This document shows, one piece after another, positions 14,290 to 27,410 of a stretch of 64,000 nt of DNA; the first letter of the stretch is position 1, and every line of letters starts with the position of its first letter. Under the pieces are notes generated by a model. It saw nothing but the letters and a program-made list of their open reading frames with translations. It was not told the DNA's origin and ran no database searches. Both the position numbers and the translations under genes were made by a program. Source of the stretch: Rhizophagus irregularis (taxonomy: Eukaryota); contig NC_089431.1 of NCBI RefSeq assembly GCF_026210795.1, positions 992,001 through 1,056,000 of the forward strand, given 5' to 3'.

Positions 14290-14529
14290 ACTAGCATTTC
14301 TTGGCTTTTTTTTTGAATATCTTTTTCATTTTCAACAATTTTAAAAATTTTAAACCAATTTTGAAATGAGTTATTAGCAGTAATTTTAGTTATGTGTGTA
14401 GTACTGTTATTTATAATAAATGAAAATTATTACAACAAATTTAATGAACGTAAAATAAAAAATATATAAAAAATATGTACAATATGTATCATGCACATCT
14501 GAAACTATATTTATTGTCATTACCTAATC

Positions 14530-14754
14530 TAGGGATTGGAATCGAAAATCGAATCTTTTCAAGATTTTTCTTATAGACAACCAACCTGACTTTGAATCAG
14601 TTTCTAATTTCAGAAAAATAATCAGCACTTGGCTGGCATGAAAAATTACTTTGAAGTCAGGTTAACTTATATGTAAAAAATTGCTGAGAATCGATTCTCG
14701 AGAATCGATTTTACTATGTTTTGTCGATTTTCGATTAATCGATTCCAATCCCTA
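14530..14754. mobile_element. hAT-type MITE
   Basis: TIR TAGGGATTGGAATCGA; 8-bp TSD ACCTAATC; empty site in the kinase 1 upstream paralog (~3288). Confidence 0.9.
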
Positions 14755-14831
14755 ACCTAATCGAAATATTGTGAAACCATTTAGATAAGGAAGGAATCGT
14801 CAAAATTTTGTATTACATCACCGGATTACGA

Positions 14832-14999
14832 ATTATATTAATTTTCGCTCAGGTTCCCATTGGATCCGATGCGGAATTAGCTCGGATTCCATGTAATGAC
14901 GGCAGAAGTTATGGGTCCGAATGACTACAAATGATTACAAATCAAAAAATTCCAGATGTTAATCAATCGGACCCACTAGGGGCGAAAATTAGTATAACC
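14832..14999. mobile_element. MITE family, second copy inverted at ~35273-35447
   Basis: TIR TTATA(C/T)TAATTTTCGC; internal sequence matches the reverse complement of 35273-35447; TSD not clear. Confidence 0.7.
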
Positions 15000-16149
15000 A
15001 TATACGAGTGAAATAAATTCAGTTATACATTTTACAAATCGAAGAACGATGTGGCAACTGGCATAAAATTTTATTACACAAACTTTTATTAGTGGATAAT
15101 AGTATGTATGATAGTATTCCATATTAAAAGTTTAATATGTACTAACAATATTTACAATCACAAAAGTAACTTTGTGCTATCGAAACACTATCGAAACACT
15201 TTCGGTTGTATACACGTAATGGTTTTGTAATAAAAAAAAAATATAAAATAATCAATAAAGTTGCCGGATACAATTTTTTACGAGAAAAGTTCACTTAAAA
15301 AAATAAAAGTCTGAAAAATTTGCAGAGTAATTGAGTTTTTTCCATTTAATACTTTAATTTAAAGAATAAATAACATAAAATAAATAGAGATTAATTTTTT
15401 TATATTTTTGATTTAACCACAAAAAATTTGAATGGAGAAAATCATACTGTTACTTACTGATCATTGATTTAGAAAGTGACTCTACCAAAGGGAAATTATT
15501 ACTATATATATATATATATACTGTATATATATATATGTGCCAAAAATTTTGGATATATTTCATTAATACAGTACAAAATAATCTACAAAAATAACATACT
15601 TATATCTATTTTTTAAAGATTTTTGCAAACAAATAATGTTTCATGTTTTATTAAATGATTTAAAAATATTATATTTAAGAGAATTAGATCAAAATGTGAT
15701 TGTTCCAAAATTCTCTTCTTTTAAAAATCAAAATTACAGTATCAAAGTGAGATCATATGATCCTAATCATTAATATCGTAGAAATCTATATGGAAACTGA
15801 ATATTATAGTATCAATCTTGACCCCTTTTAGATTTCTTAGGACTTAGATTTTTTCCTTCTCTTCAAATAAATAATTTAGTTTTGTATTTTAAATAATTTA
15901 AAATAATTTTAACCGGTTCGTTCGATTGTAACTGAAAGACTTTTAAGTTAAGCAAGACGCACTATTTCACGGTGTAGGAACTGTATGGATGGATCTGATC
16001 TTGATCGATGATTTGATCAAATAAAATTTGATCACGTTTATGTAATTCGATCATGTGATTATTCAACTCTACATTTCGATATTTTTTTTACAAGAGAAGC
16101 TCGTTAACTGATATATTTTTTAAAATGGACATTAATTTATTTATTATAG

Positions 16150-16440
16150 AGTAATAAAACCTAGTAGGTATGGAAACGTATAGTACATTTAAAGGAGTTT
16201 GACCAATTTTAAATAAAATACATGAATTACGTAAGTAAATTAATTATTCACATTTTTATTTTCAATATATTTTTTGGGGAATGGCTAAGGTTTATTTTTT
16301 AAATTATAGACAATTTCATCTTGTTTACAAAGAGGAGTAGAAAAAATTATATTTTAAGTGGTGATGCCAACTTAATTGACATTTATTATTTTAATTTTGT
16401 TAAAGCTATAACAAAGTTTAAATGATAGTTTATTAAAATT
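16150..16440 (+). pseudogene. Relic of a SAM-dependent methyltransferase (exons 4-5)
   Basis: AGTAATAAAACCT...CATGAATTAC|GTAAGT and TAG|ACAATTTCATCTTGTTTACAAAGAGGAGTAGA match exons 4-5 of the gene at 22990-24176; degenerate. Confidence 0.75.
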
Positions 16441-17304
16441 AACTTTTGTGTATAATTACTTGGTCTAACGGTAGTTAGTGCTTAACACTATTACTCCACT
16501 CAAAGATTTATTTTTGCAATAAATTAGTATACATATTTTTCGATATTAAGTTATGATATCACGTTATGACTCATACACCCATAAAGCTTATGCTTAACCA
16601 ATTACAGTATAAAGTATACTTAATGTTAATAGACTAGATAACCTAAGATTTTCCATCATAATTTATCATAATTTTTTTTAATGTTGTTTGCAACGTTCGT
16701 TGAGCCTCTCTTTTTTAGCACAAAGCACTCTAAAGGGAAATGTAATTTAGATTACGTCATCACCTGAAATTGGCTGATTTGTCTGACAAGTAAACAATTA
16801 GGAAAGCGAAACAGATTATTAACGAAACCTTTAAAAGGTCCATTTCTATAAGTGAGTGGAAAGGGTGGTTTTTTTATGCGAAAGAACACTAGGAATTTTT
16901 CTAACGTTCATTTTTATTTTTATTTTTATTTTTTTTAGGAAAAATGAAAAATGAAGCTTTCAGAAAGGCCCATTTCGATGGGTGGAAGTGAGAAATAGGT
17001 TTTTTTTTTTAAGTAAAAAGAACGCTAGAAATGTTTCTGATGTTCTTGTTTTTCTTTTTAGAAAAAATGAAACAGAACCTTCAGAAAGGTCCATTTTGGT
17101 AAGTAAAAGCGAGGGTGGATTTTCTGGTGAAAAAACGTTAGGAACATTTCTCTAGGAATGGGCTTTTACTTTGACCCAGATTTGTAAAACCGCAATATGA
17201 GGTATAAGTAGTGGGTTTTCTTTGCTTTACATTTAGTTCTGCTAATTGACATGTACATTGGGTTGTGTGGTTTTCTGTTCTTGATCTATTGCACTTTTGA
17301 TCTT

Positions 17305-17502
17305 GATCTATGAGCAAAAATCCCAAAGCTCGGAATCCCAAAGATATAATATCCTGATATTTAAAATCCTGAAAAATCAAAATACCAAGTTTTGGAATTA
17401 TAATATTTCAGGATTATGACATTTTGGGATTGAGTGTCAGGATTTAGAATGTTGGGATATTGTACCATCAGGATTCCAAGCTTTGGGATTTTGGACGGAT
17501 CC
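17305..17502. mobile_element. MITE-like foldback with AATCC/GGATT subterminal repeats
   Basis: AAAATCCCAAAGCT(C/T)GGAATCC in inverted orientation at both ends; exact termini uncertain. Confidence 0.5.
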
Positions 17503-18145
17503 CTTCATTCTTGATTCTTGATTTTGGATACATTATATTTTTGAACTCTGGTTGTAATTTTATTATGTATTGCGTGTACCTTTGATTCTTGATGTATTGT
17601 GTTTTGATCTTTGATGTACTGTGTTTTTGATCTTTGATATTAACTTTTAATGTAATATTTGAATTTTTTATTTTATATTTATTTATTTTATTACTAAAAG
17701 AGTAGTAAAACTAAAACTATTACAAATAAGAGTATGGGAGAATTTTCATGCTGGACTACTAATATACGTGTATAGTAATCAGAACTTCATCCACTACGGG
17801 ACCTCACTCTTCGATCAAAGATTTAGGGCGTCCCCCGAGAATGCCCCAGGGACCCCAAATCTACCCTCTAATTTCTTCCCATTTCTGGGGGATAATGCGG
17901 TCTGCCGAATGCTACCACAATCTTCACATTACCACAAGGTTAGAGTCGACCACAATGTGCTCACAGCCCCGTCAAATTGATAGACCACCATATGGTGGTT
18001 GGTAGTCCCGCCCCTACCATTATAACCCCGATGGGCCACCCGGGTACAAGATATTTTTTTTATTTTATTGAAATATTTCGTAACTATTCTAAAATAAAAT
18101 ATTAAGTCACGTGCATTAACATTATCACGTGATACTGCCGAATTC

Positions 18146-21100
18146 AACTACCCCAAGAGGCAAGAGCACCCTGCACAAATCATGTGATCATTACATATCA
18201 CATGATTGAGATTAAAGAATTATGTAAAAAATTCTGATATTCAAAAAAATTAAAGTATTTTATTATGAAACTTTTAAAGAAAAACTTTATTACTCTATTA
18301 CTTTTAAAAAAGAAAATATTTCATAAATTTATTAATTTACTGCCTATCTACAAAATAAATCACTTCTGTTTATTATGATCTTTCCAAGTGAGTGCGTGGA
18401 TTTGTAATCTGTCTTTCATACTTATTATTAATTTCTTTTTTTGCAAATTATTCCACTCCCTTTTAAATCTTTTCACCATGAAAGTTTTTCCCAACCACAT
18501 AAATATTTATTATATTGTTGTTGATGATGTGGAATTAAACGAGTAAGAAGAATATAAATTACCAAATCAAGACGTGGTTGAATAAATTTTTGAAACATTG
18601 CAATTAAAATCTACTCTACTAGTTAAATCATTTTCTAAATATTCATTAGTGTTGATTTCTAAAATTCTTTCAAATAGTTGTTTTGACATTTCTTCTAGAG
18701 TTAAAAGTCCTACCTCTGTGTTAGATTGATTAGATGTTTATATTGCCATATCGGCGGATTTGTTCACCCTCTAATTAACATGTTTATTTAAGGTACTTTT
18801 GTTACACAAATTATTACATATGGCGCAGTAGGACCTGGGACGAACATTAAAAAAAAATTATTTGGTTTTATTAATACAATAATTTGATAAATTTGATAAA
18901 TAGTTCTTTTAAGCCAAAATACAATAAATATTATTCTTAGCAATACTGATAATATCTGTTGTGGAATCTCACTTTATACAATAGCTTCTAAATCTTTTTT
19001 GTGTAAAAATCAATAATACATGTGCTTACAATTTGTTTGAATATAAAAGTTCCTATTTTGTCTACAGCAAGATAAATAAGAATTAATAATATGTTTTGAG
19101 AAATGCAAAAAATGGACAATTTTATGAAAGTTATTATATAAAAAAAAATTTTTTAAATATTAAATGAGTCTTAGAATACTTTTATAAATATTCATAGCTA
19201 TTGTGTCTATATAAATTTTTATTTTACTTTTTGTTTTATTAAAACATACTTACTTTCTAATAATACACATTAAAAATACTATGCATGTGAGAAATGGGTT
19301 TTTGTTAACGAAATGGGTTTCTTTGTGTCTATTTTACATTAAATAATTTAAGTTTCGCAAATGTAAATTTTCACTCGACTTATTATTTAGTCAAGTGATA
19401 TTCAATCAAGTGATTTTATGACATTACAAACCAGTTTTGGGTGACAGATATTATGAAAATCATTCAAAATTTAGCATTATGCAAAAGTAAACAAATCCGC
19501 TGATATGCAAAGTACGACATATATTACAAGTTTTAAATTGCTGAGTATTTTCATTAATGAAAGCTTCTAGAGGTAAATTTTTTTGACATTTTTTACATTT
19601 TTGTAAATTACCAGTAGTTACAATATCCATATTAAAAGTGGAAAAGCGAAACTTTAATAAAAGTTTATTTAATTAAATTATTATTTATTAATTTTTTATT
19701 TTATTTTTATTTTTATTTTTAAAATATAGACTCAACTGGGGTCGAACGCTAAATAAGAATAAACATGATCTAAAAGAACAATAAATTCTAAGCTAATAAT
19801 AGACCCAACCTCTTGGGAGGAGCCCAAAGGGGTCGTCTTGCCTCTTATTCAATAGAACAATCAGGCATAACTGGGAGTCTAGAAAGTACTATCGAACAAA
19901 AAAGAAGAACTAAAAAAATTAAATTTAAAATTATATGAAGAAGAAAAATTATCTATATCTAACTCAAAACTACTAGGATGCCGGACAGAAGACAACCATC
20001 CACCAGAATGTAAAAAATTACATGTACACAAAATCAACCACATCAGTAGGTGCAGTAAGTGAAGAGGATGAGTAGATGGAGCCGTGGAGGACCAGGGGTG
20101 AAGCAAACGGCAAGAAGTACCATCTGAGGATGAAGAGTTCGTCCTGGGTCCAGGATGATAAAGATTTTGTGACCGGTGATGAGAAGAAGAGGCAATTCTA
20201 GGTCGAGCAGTAGTTTGATTAAGTTGATAATCATGTGGTTTCTTTGGTTTTTTCCTCTGAAAGTCATGTTTACGTTTGGATGTAATTCCATTGCGTTGTT
20301 CCCATAATTTTAATAAAGAACAATGTTTAGGCCATATTTGTTGATAAATATGTTCATGAAATGATATTAAAAGTTCCCATATAATTGAACGGGTAAGTTT
20401 GTCATTAAAAGTGAAAGATCGTACAAGATTATATAAATCCTGTGACACAAGTTGGTGTATAATTAAATATAATGGGTGATTATAAGAGTTTGAATCAGAG
20501 ATCGGTGATAAAAGCTCAAGTTGATCAACAGACTGTGATATGAGAACGGAACTATAGGAAGTATTCTCCACAAGGAGGCGTTGTAATATCTGTTTGTGTT
20601 CCAATAAAATATTATTAATGACAGGTAAAAGGTTTGAACATAATCCCAAATGTTCATTGGTATCTTGGTAATTGTTACAGACCGGACAAGGTATGTAATT
20701 ATTAGAATAAAGGTCAGGATAATGTTTTGTGAGGATATCTCCACAAGGAAGGATATGGTTAAGTGCTTTAATTTTAAAAGCGTTGTGTGATGATTTAGTA
20801 AAACTGCATACATTAGGTGTGGAATTGTATTGTAACCAGGATCGAGTAAGAGGCCAATGTATTGAAGATATGGGAAATCTATCAAAAATAGGTGAGAGCG
20901 AAGGATTACCCAGGAATTGATCGAAAGTATAGGCATCCGTTAAGTTATGACAAAATTTTCTAATGTCTCGATCAATCGGTGCTATTGAAGCCCATATCGG
21001 GGTCATTAATGAACCCGGTAGATTTGTAGGGTTGATTTCATAAGGTGCAAGTTGTCGTGCTGCATTGGCGAGATCATCTGCTATGTCATTCACTCATTCC

Positions 21101-22123
21101 AATAATCATTGGAGTGAGCTTTAACTTTGTGTAATCTTACGATCAAGGATTTTTTCGTAATTAAAATATCGATTAAACGCCACGCTAAATGATTGTTGCA
21201 TTTCAATATTCGTCTTGTAGAAGTTAATTTGTTCATGACCACGTGAAAAGTATGGATGACATTGAGCGAATCCGTGAATACATCCAGTTCACTATCATCA
21301 GGTACTGCAATAATTGCTGTTAGTAAAGCGTAAACTTCCGCTTTGGTAGAAGATGGATTAAAAGATAAAGCGCCTTTGTATGATGGTGGGGGAGGACCTA
21401 AGTTAGGAGTTGCATCAGTAATCTCTATCCAAGCAAAACCCATTTGAGTTTGAGTAGAAGAATTAACATCTAAGCTAGTAAGAGAACCATCAGTATAAAA
21501 AGTAAAATTTTTTCGTAACAAAAATTGTTTAGCTATTTCTAAAAGTTGAATAATCAAATCTCTATTTCCTACAAATATATTATTAATAAAAAGAGGAGAA
21601 GAAATATTTAAATTTAAATTAATCGAATTATTAAAAATTTCTGAATTCGCATTTAAATACGAATCTAATGTAGATAAAATAGGGACTGTTGAAGGTAAAA
21701 CATTGGGTATAATTAATCTATGTTTGGTAAATGAAAACGCTAGAGTACGAAGCATATGTAAAGGTGTAACTGGAAAAATAAAAGTTTTTTCTAATTTTAA
21801 AAAATTTTTGTTAGGTATAAATTTTTTTGCATGAACATTAAAAAGAATTAGTTGTGATGTTAGGGAAACAATAATACATTTCGGGCGTAAATCACCACTA
21901 AAAGGTACACTATGCCCACATTGTCCTGGACAAGGACGCAAAATAGGTGTTACTTTTTTGGGTGTTAAGTTGGTTCTAGTATCAGCGTCTAAAACTGGTA
22001 TATAGTGTGTTCGATAAGTAAGGCTATATTATTTATTAATTACGTAACTCTTTAATCCCAATCATGTGATATGTGATGATCACATGATTTACGCAGAATT
22101 TTTTGGGTGCTCTTGGGGTAGTT
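18146..22123. mobile_element. MULE-like element with ~80-bp TIRs, interrupted by a LINE
   Basis: AACTACCCCAAGAG...ATCATGTGATCA..ATCACATGATTG.GATTAAAGA at left, reverse complement at 22040-22123; terminus resembles the 4051 MITE; TSD degenerate; decayed coding-like sequence on the minus strand ~18350-19100. Confidence 0.7.
19694..22026 (-). mobile_element. 5'-truncated non-LTR retrotransposon (LINE): RNase H plus CCHC knuckle
   Basis: RNase H motifs YTDGS, AEVYA, FTDSLN, KVKAHS..WN.IAD; CPVC...EHLGLC; (TAAAAA)n-type 3' tail; 15-bp TSD TATTATTTATTAATT at 19679-19693 and 22027-22041; frameshift near 21090. Confidence 0.9.
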
Positions 22124-22284
22124 CGAAAATTCGAAATGATCTGTAGATCTGTAAATAATGCTTAATAAAGTTTATTTCAAATAAAAATTTTTTATGTGCA
22201 AAGTAAGGGTTCAGACTTTTCTTTTTTTAGCTACATCACTCATTAAGGTTGTAACTCGTGACGTAGCTCGATATTATATATATT

Positions 22285-22365
22285 AGTTATTTGATAGGGG
22301 GGTTAGAATATCATCCGAACTGCTTTGCAGTTCGGATGATATTCTAACCCCCCTATCAAATAACT
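22285..22365. repeat. Perfect 81-bp palindrome (39-bp arms, TTT loop)
   Basis: AGTTATTTGATAGGGGGGTTAGAATATCATCCGAACTGC-TTT-exact reverse complement. Confidence 0.95.
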
Positions 22366-22989
22366 GTGTTATTCTGCAGCCGCCAATGATCATCTTATAA
22401 ATACTATAAATACAATAAACCATTGATTAAACAACGTCAAAAATATCAATAATAATTATGCAATTATAGCTTAAAAAAAAAATATCAGCATGATAAAAAA
22501 AGCATGATCCTATTTGGCTGTAGAATAAAAATTATTAATCTGCAGTGACGTTATTGACGTAACTTTGTTATGGCAGTTACGTTGCACCTCTAGTGCAAAG
22601 GCTTATTTAAACTTATACAAACAATAAGGGAGCTACAGGAACCATGATGTAATATTAATTGCATATAGCAATATTCTTTAAAATAAATAAGTTGATGCAT
22701 CAATTTGGAAGTGATCTCCCATGAAAATGTCTCCGTATTCTCCGTATGGATAAATTTTGGCCGATTGGTGAATATCTTTTTGTTAAATTAAATAAAAATC
22801 TGACACAAAATATATTACTGCATTAAATTATAATATTTTATTTATTTTTTTAATTTCCCTTTTTTTAAAAAATTTTTTCTTTTTTTGTAGGTATCGATCC
22901 CTTCAATTCTTTTATCGCAGTTTCATTTTAGGAATCTTTTATTTAATATATATTTTTTTCTTGGAAGATTACTGAATTTATAAAAAAGT

Positions 22990-24176
22990 ATGGGAAATAA
23001 TATTTCGTCTTCAGAACGTAAAAATAAAAAAATAGAATTTTATAAAGAAATTGATAATAGAACGACGGATTTAGAAGTAGAAAAGGAATTAAAATATTAT
23101 ATACCGAATAATTATGAGGATATTGATAGAGAACATATGTTTCATTTTTTTCAAAGCCGTATATTCCAAAATAATTTTTCTTCTCCAATTGAAGAAAGAT
23201 TATTGCGAGAAGAATGTAAAGTATTAGATATTGGGTAAGTTGAAATTTTTTTTTTAAAAAAAAACGCATTTTTGAGTAATTTTTTTGTAAAAAAAAAAAG
23301 ATGCGGACCTGGAACTTGGTTGTTGGATCTTGCAAGTAAATATAAAAAATCCCTATTTTATGGACTTGATAATAATTCAGTATATCCAAATGAGGTAAGT
23401 ACGCGTGCGTAACTTGACAATTAAAAATTGAAATAACAAGGTGTAATAAATATACTATTTACTATTTGATTAGATAAAACCGTCAAACTTAAATTTTATA
23501 CAAGCGGATATGTTCGATGGATTACCTTTCCCTGATAACGAATTTGATTTTGTACGTGAGAGTTCAATGTCATTCCTTGTTAAAGCAGATCAATGGGACT
23601 TTATTATTTCTGAAATGATCAGGTACAAGTTATATTTATTTGCACATATGTAATATTTTATAAAAAAAATGAATATTTAATTATTTATTATAGAGTAACA
23701 AAACCTGATGGATATGTGGAGCTTCATGAACCATATAGTACATTTAATGGAATTGGACCAGTTTTAAGTAAAATGCATGACGCACGTAAGTAAATTAAAT
23801 ATTCCCATATTTTATAAGGATTGACAGATTTATTTTTTTAAAAAAATTTTTAGACACTTTGTCTTGTTTACAAAGAGGAGTAGATATGAAAATAATAATA
23901 AATATTGATAGAATAATTCAATCAAATCAAAATACGCCAATAGTTTACAAAGATGAAAAATCATGTATTTTAGGGCCTAATGGTGATAAAATTGGTATAG
24001 TTATTCAAGATCTTTTTATGGGATTTCATGATAATGAAGTGGCGATGGAAAATTTAAGTCCCGTACTAGGTATTTCTAAAGAAGAATATAAAATTATGAT
24101 GAAAGATCTTATAGAAGAATTTAAAAATACTAGTCCAGAATATAAATTAATTAGATTTTGGGCTAAAAAGAATTAA
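22990..24176 (+). CDS. Class I SAM-dependent methyltransferase, 5 exons (MT1)
   Basis: Exons 22990-23234, 23301-23394, 23474-23622, 23694-~23785, 23854-24176; motif I VLDIGCGPGTW, GLPFPDNEFDFV, RVTKPDGYVE; frame continuous. Confidence 0.88.
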
Positions 24177-24602
24177 GTAATATTACTTTTTGGATATTGT
24201 AATTTTCGTGAATCATGAAGTTAACCAATGTAATTCAACCGTATAATATTTATATTATATTATTACTAGAAATGTAATATTACCTTATAATTATTATATA
24301 TATTAGCAATTTATATGTACGTAAATAAACTATATAATTCCGACAGTCACTTGCACGACTAGTAAATTTTATAATTTTGTTCTAAAATTGTCAGGATAAT
24401 CAACTTGTCGGTAATAATGATTTGTCGGGATTTTGACTTGTCAGGATTTTGGATTGTCAAGATTTTGTTGTCGGTCTTGTGTCAGTCGTTCAAATGATTT
24501 TCGAGATTTCGTATCGGGACCCGGTCAAGTAGATGTTATAGAATATTTTAATAATAGTATTTTTTTTTTTCAAACAAATATTATTAGTTTTACACGTTAT
24601 TA

Positions 24603-25380
24603 ACTTATTGTCCGGAGCGTAGCGAAGTATACATTAGAGTGACTATAATTTGTAACACTGATAATTTGCTATTTGTCTAACGATGAGAATTTTTATAAAC
24701 AGCGACTTCTATACTAAAATGTCCGTCTGTCCGTTCAGCACGTGATGATGTACTTAAGTGTAATATATAACGCGAAAAAAATTACTCATCTTGATGTGGG
24801 TTTTGTCATGAGTGTATAATTTAAATTAGCTTTATCTATTTTTTTTCTGTCTTCTTTTTTTTAGGTTTTTAGGTCTTCTTTATCTTCCTTTTTTTGGTCT
24901 GTTTTCTCTCTGTCCAGGTCTTCTCTTTATTCTTACTTTACGTCTTCCTTTAGGTATGTAGGTTGTTGTGTGTAGGTTAGGTTTGTGTTTGGGTTTGTTG
25001 TGAGTATTGTGTATGTTTGTGTATTTCCTTGTTCTTTCCCCTTCCCTCTTTCTCGCTTTTTTCTTTCCCTCTCATTTTCTCCTTTCCCACTTTCCCTCTC
25101 GTTTTCCCCTTCCCTCCCTTCCCCTTCGTTTTCCCCTTTCCCTTTCCCTTTCCCTTCGTTTTTCCCCTTCCCTTTATTTCGTTTTCCGTTTTTCTCTTTC
25201 CCTCTCCCTTTCCTTCTCGTTTTCCCTTTCCTTTCGTTTTCCCTTTCCTCTTCGTTTTCCCTTTCCCTTTCGCTCCCTTTCCCTCTCGTTTTCCCTTCCC
25301 CCGATCAATGTGCTGCACCTCAACGTGATGATCAGGTGACAACAAGTCTTTTAAAAGACTTGGCTAAGTCAGCAACAAAT
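24603..25380 (+). mobile_element. Helentron/HINE-like non-autonomous element with a pyrimidine-rich minisatellite
   Basis: Short inverted ends ACTTATTGTC / GACAACAAGT, GTCCGTCTGTCCGT motif, 3' palindromes AGTCTTTTAAAAGACT and GACTTGGCTAAGTC, internal TTCGTTTTCCC(C)TT repeats 25030-25300. Confidence 0.5.
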
Positions 25381-26254
25381 AGTAATTACATACTACATAA
25401 GTCATAAATCGATTTATTCACTTTATTAATTTATTAAATTGATTTCATATAAACGTAACTAAATAAACAATTTGATATAACATTCTTAAGACTAACACAT
25501 TGAAGAAATTTTTAACATTCAAATTTAAACAATGATTTTTCAATGTTTTAAAAATCCTTTCAACCATATTCCTCTTTTTTTTGTAAAACTGATATTAAAT
25601 TTGCTATTTTTCGTAATAAAATTTTTTTGTTTAATGTTTGTAATAAAAAAGACCCTGAGTAAATAAACGCGACCAGACTTTAATGGTTACTGTTTTCAAT
25701 AATTATGCAAAAAAATTTAATCATTAATTTGGTAGCTTAATTAAATATTTTATTCGGCAATATATATTTAATAATGTTTTGTAAAGCGATGTACGGGGAT
25801 GAACTGGAAAGATATAATGTTATTATGTACATTACGTTATTTGACTCAGATATTTTCGTATAAAGAATTGGTTTCAATGAAGAAAAGTATATGATTTTTT
25901 TAACTCACAACAAAAAATAATTTTAGATGGATCAATTAAAGTCTTAGTCTCTTAGATAACTTAAAAATTATTTTATTTAAAATTTATTCGGATAAAAAAA
26001 AATAATTGTGACTAATTTCAAAGTTTCCCTAACGCTTAATAGATCAGCTAACCCAACTTATCAACGAACTAACTTGAGTGTTAACGCAAAACCAATAAAT
26101 CCTGCTACACTAAGATATAATACTAAAGTAAGTAAAAATACAAACCAAGTTAATAAAAATTTTTAAATACTATATTTAAATAATATTCTCAAAAAAAACC
26201 TACTTTAATTTAACATAAATTTATAATTACAAATCTTATTAATTTAAAATTTAA

Positions 26255-26350
26255 GATTTTTTTTCATTTGATCTGATTTTCAATTTTTTTTTTCTCTAAT
26301 TTTTTTATAAGATTCATCCAGTTGAGAATAAATTTCATCATTGAATTTCG
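26255..26350 (-). pseudogene. Relic of a fifth kinase C-terminus with its 3' flank
   Basis: Matches the EIxSQ..KIREK..NRSNE segment of the kinases; 25920-26210 resembles the kinase 1 downstream region (~680-1185). Confidence 0.6.
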
Positions 26351-26638
26351 TTGTTTGGGTATACATATAAACTGAGGCGTTACTTTTCAATCTTCCAATT
26401 TGAAATAAAGCACGGGATGTACAGTATTTTTTTTTTAAAAAAAAGTTTATATAATAAATTTAATATCGAAACGTTGAATGGTTTTCTAGAAAACATTATA
26501 ATATTATTTATTATTTAAAGTATTGAAATAGTTTTTAATACATATTGAAAGGAATAAGTCAACCAAATATACCATTCTATCGTAAGAATATACTTAACGT
26601 TAACAATAACGAAATCTGAAATGAAATTGGGATTACGC

Positions 26639-27410
26639 TAGTGCTTCGATCTGTATCCGGATCGATCCGGATCGATCTGAATAATTTTTTTTTTTTGGAT
26701 ATCCAGATTTTTGCAGTTTTCATCCGGATTATAATCCAGATGAAAAATATTCGGTTTAAACCAAAATCCAGATGAATCTTTATTTGTTTTTTGTCGCATA
26801 GCACCGTAACTTTATATAATTAAGATTTACAAATTATTTATAGAAATAAGTAAATTTTTTTTAATTAAAGTGCGACCATAGACAAAATTTTAAATACTGA
26901 AAAGCGAAAACACCGAAAACACTTGCATCACATGTTGGTCAACTGAATTTTTGAAAAAAAGAAACAAATCTCAATTTAACATTTTAAAAATTGCCTTACT
27001 AACTCAACACATCTATCTATAGTAATCTTTAGCTGTATATAAAAATAACTTGTTTATCCAAAATTTTATAATTAGTTAATTTACAAAGAAATATTAAACA
27101 ATAGTCTGAAACAATGCTGAAATAATATGAAATTGTTTTTAAAAACAAAGTATTGAATAAAATTGGAATTATGAAAATTTCGCGGTCTTAGATAATTTTG
27201 GCCAAATTCGTAATTCTGGCCGAAATTAATATCACGTGATACCTAAATTCTTTTATTGGCGGGCACTAAAATTTTTAATGTTACACAAATTTGTAATTCT
27301 AGCCGGCGTTATGAATTCTGGCCAGAATTATTACCGATCTGTTGTAAATCCAATCCGGATCTATGTGTTGTGTAACCCGGATGACGGTTTTCATCCGGAT
27401 CGAAGCACTA
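26639..27410. mobile_element. hAT-type MITE
   Basis: TIR TAGTGCTTCGATC; ATCCGGAT subterminal repeats; exact 8-bp TSD GATTACGC. Confidence 0.9.

Noticed and set aside
22943..23389. Antisense ORFs over methyltransferase exons (also 29350, 36445, 40061, 40272)
   Set aside because: Shadows of the real gene on the opposite strand.
24977..25407. Overlapping ORFs rich in F/P/S or K/G
   Set aside because: Artefacts of a stop-free pyrimidine minisatellite open in several frames.
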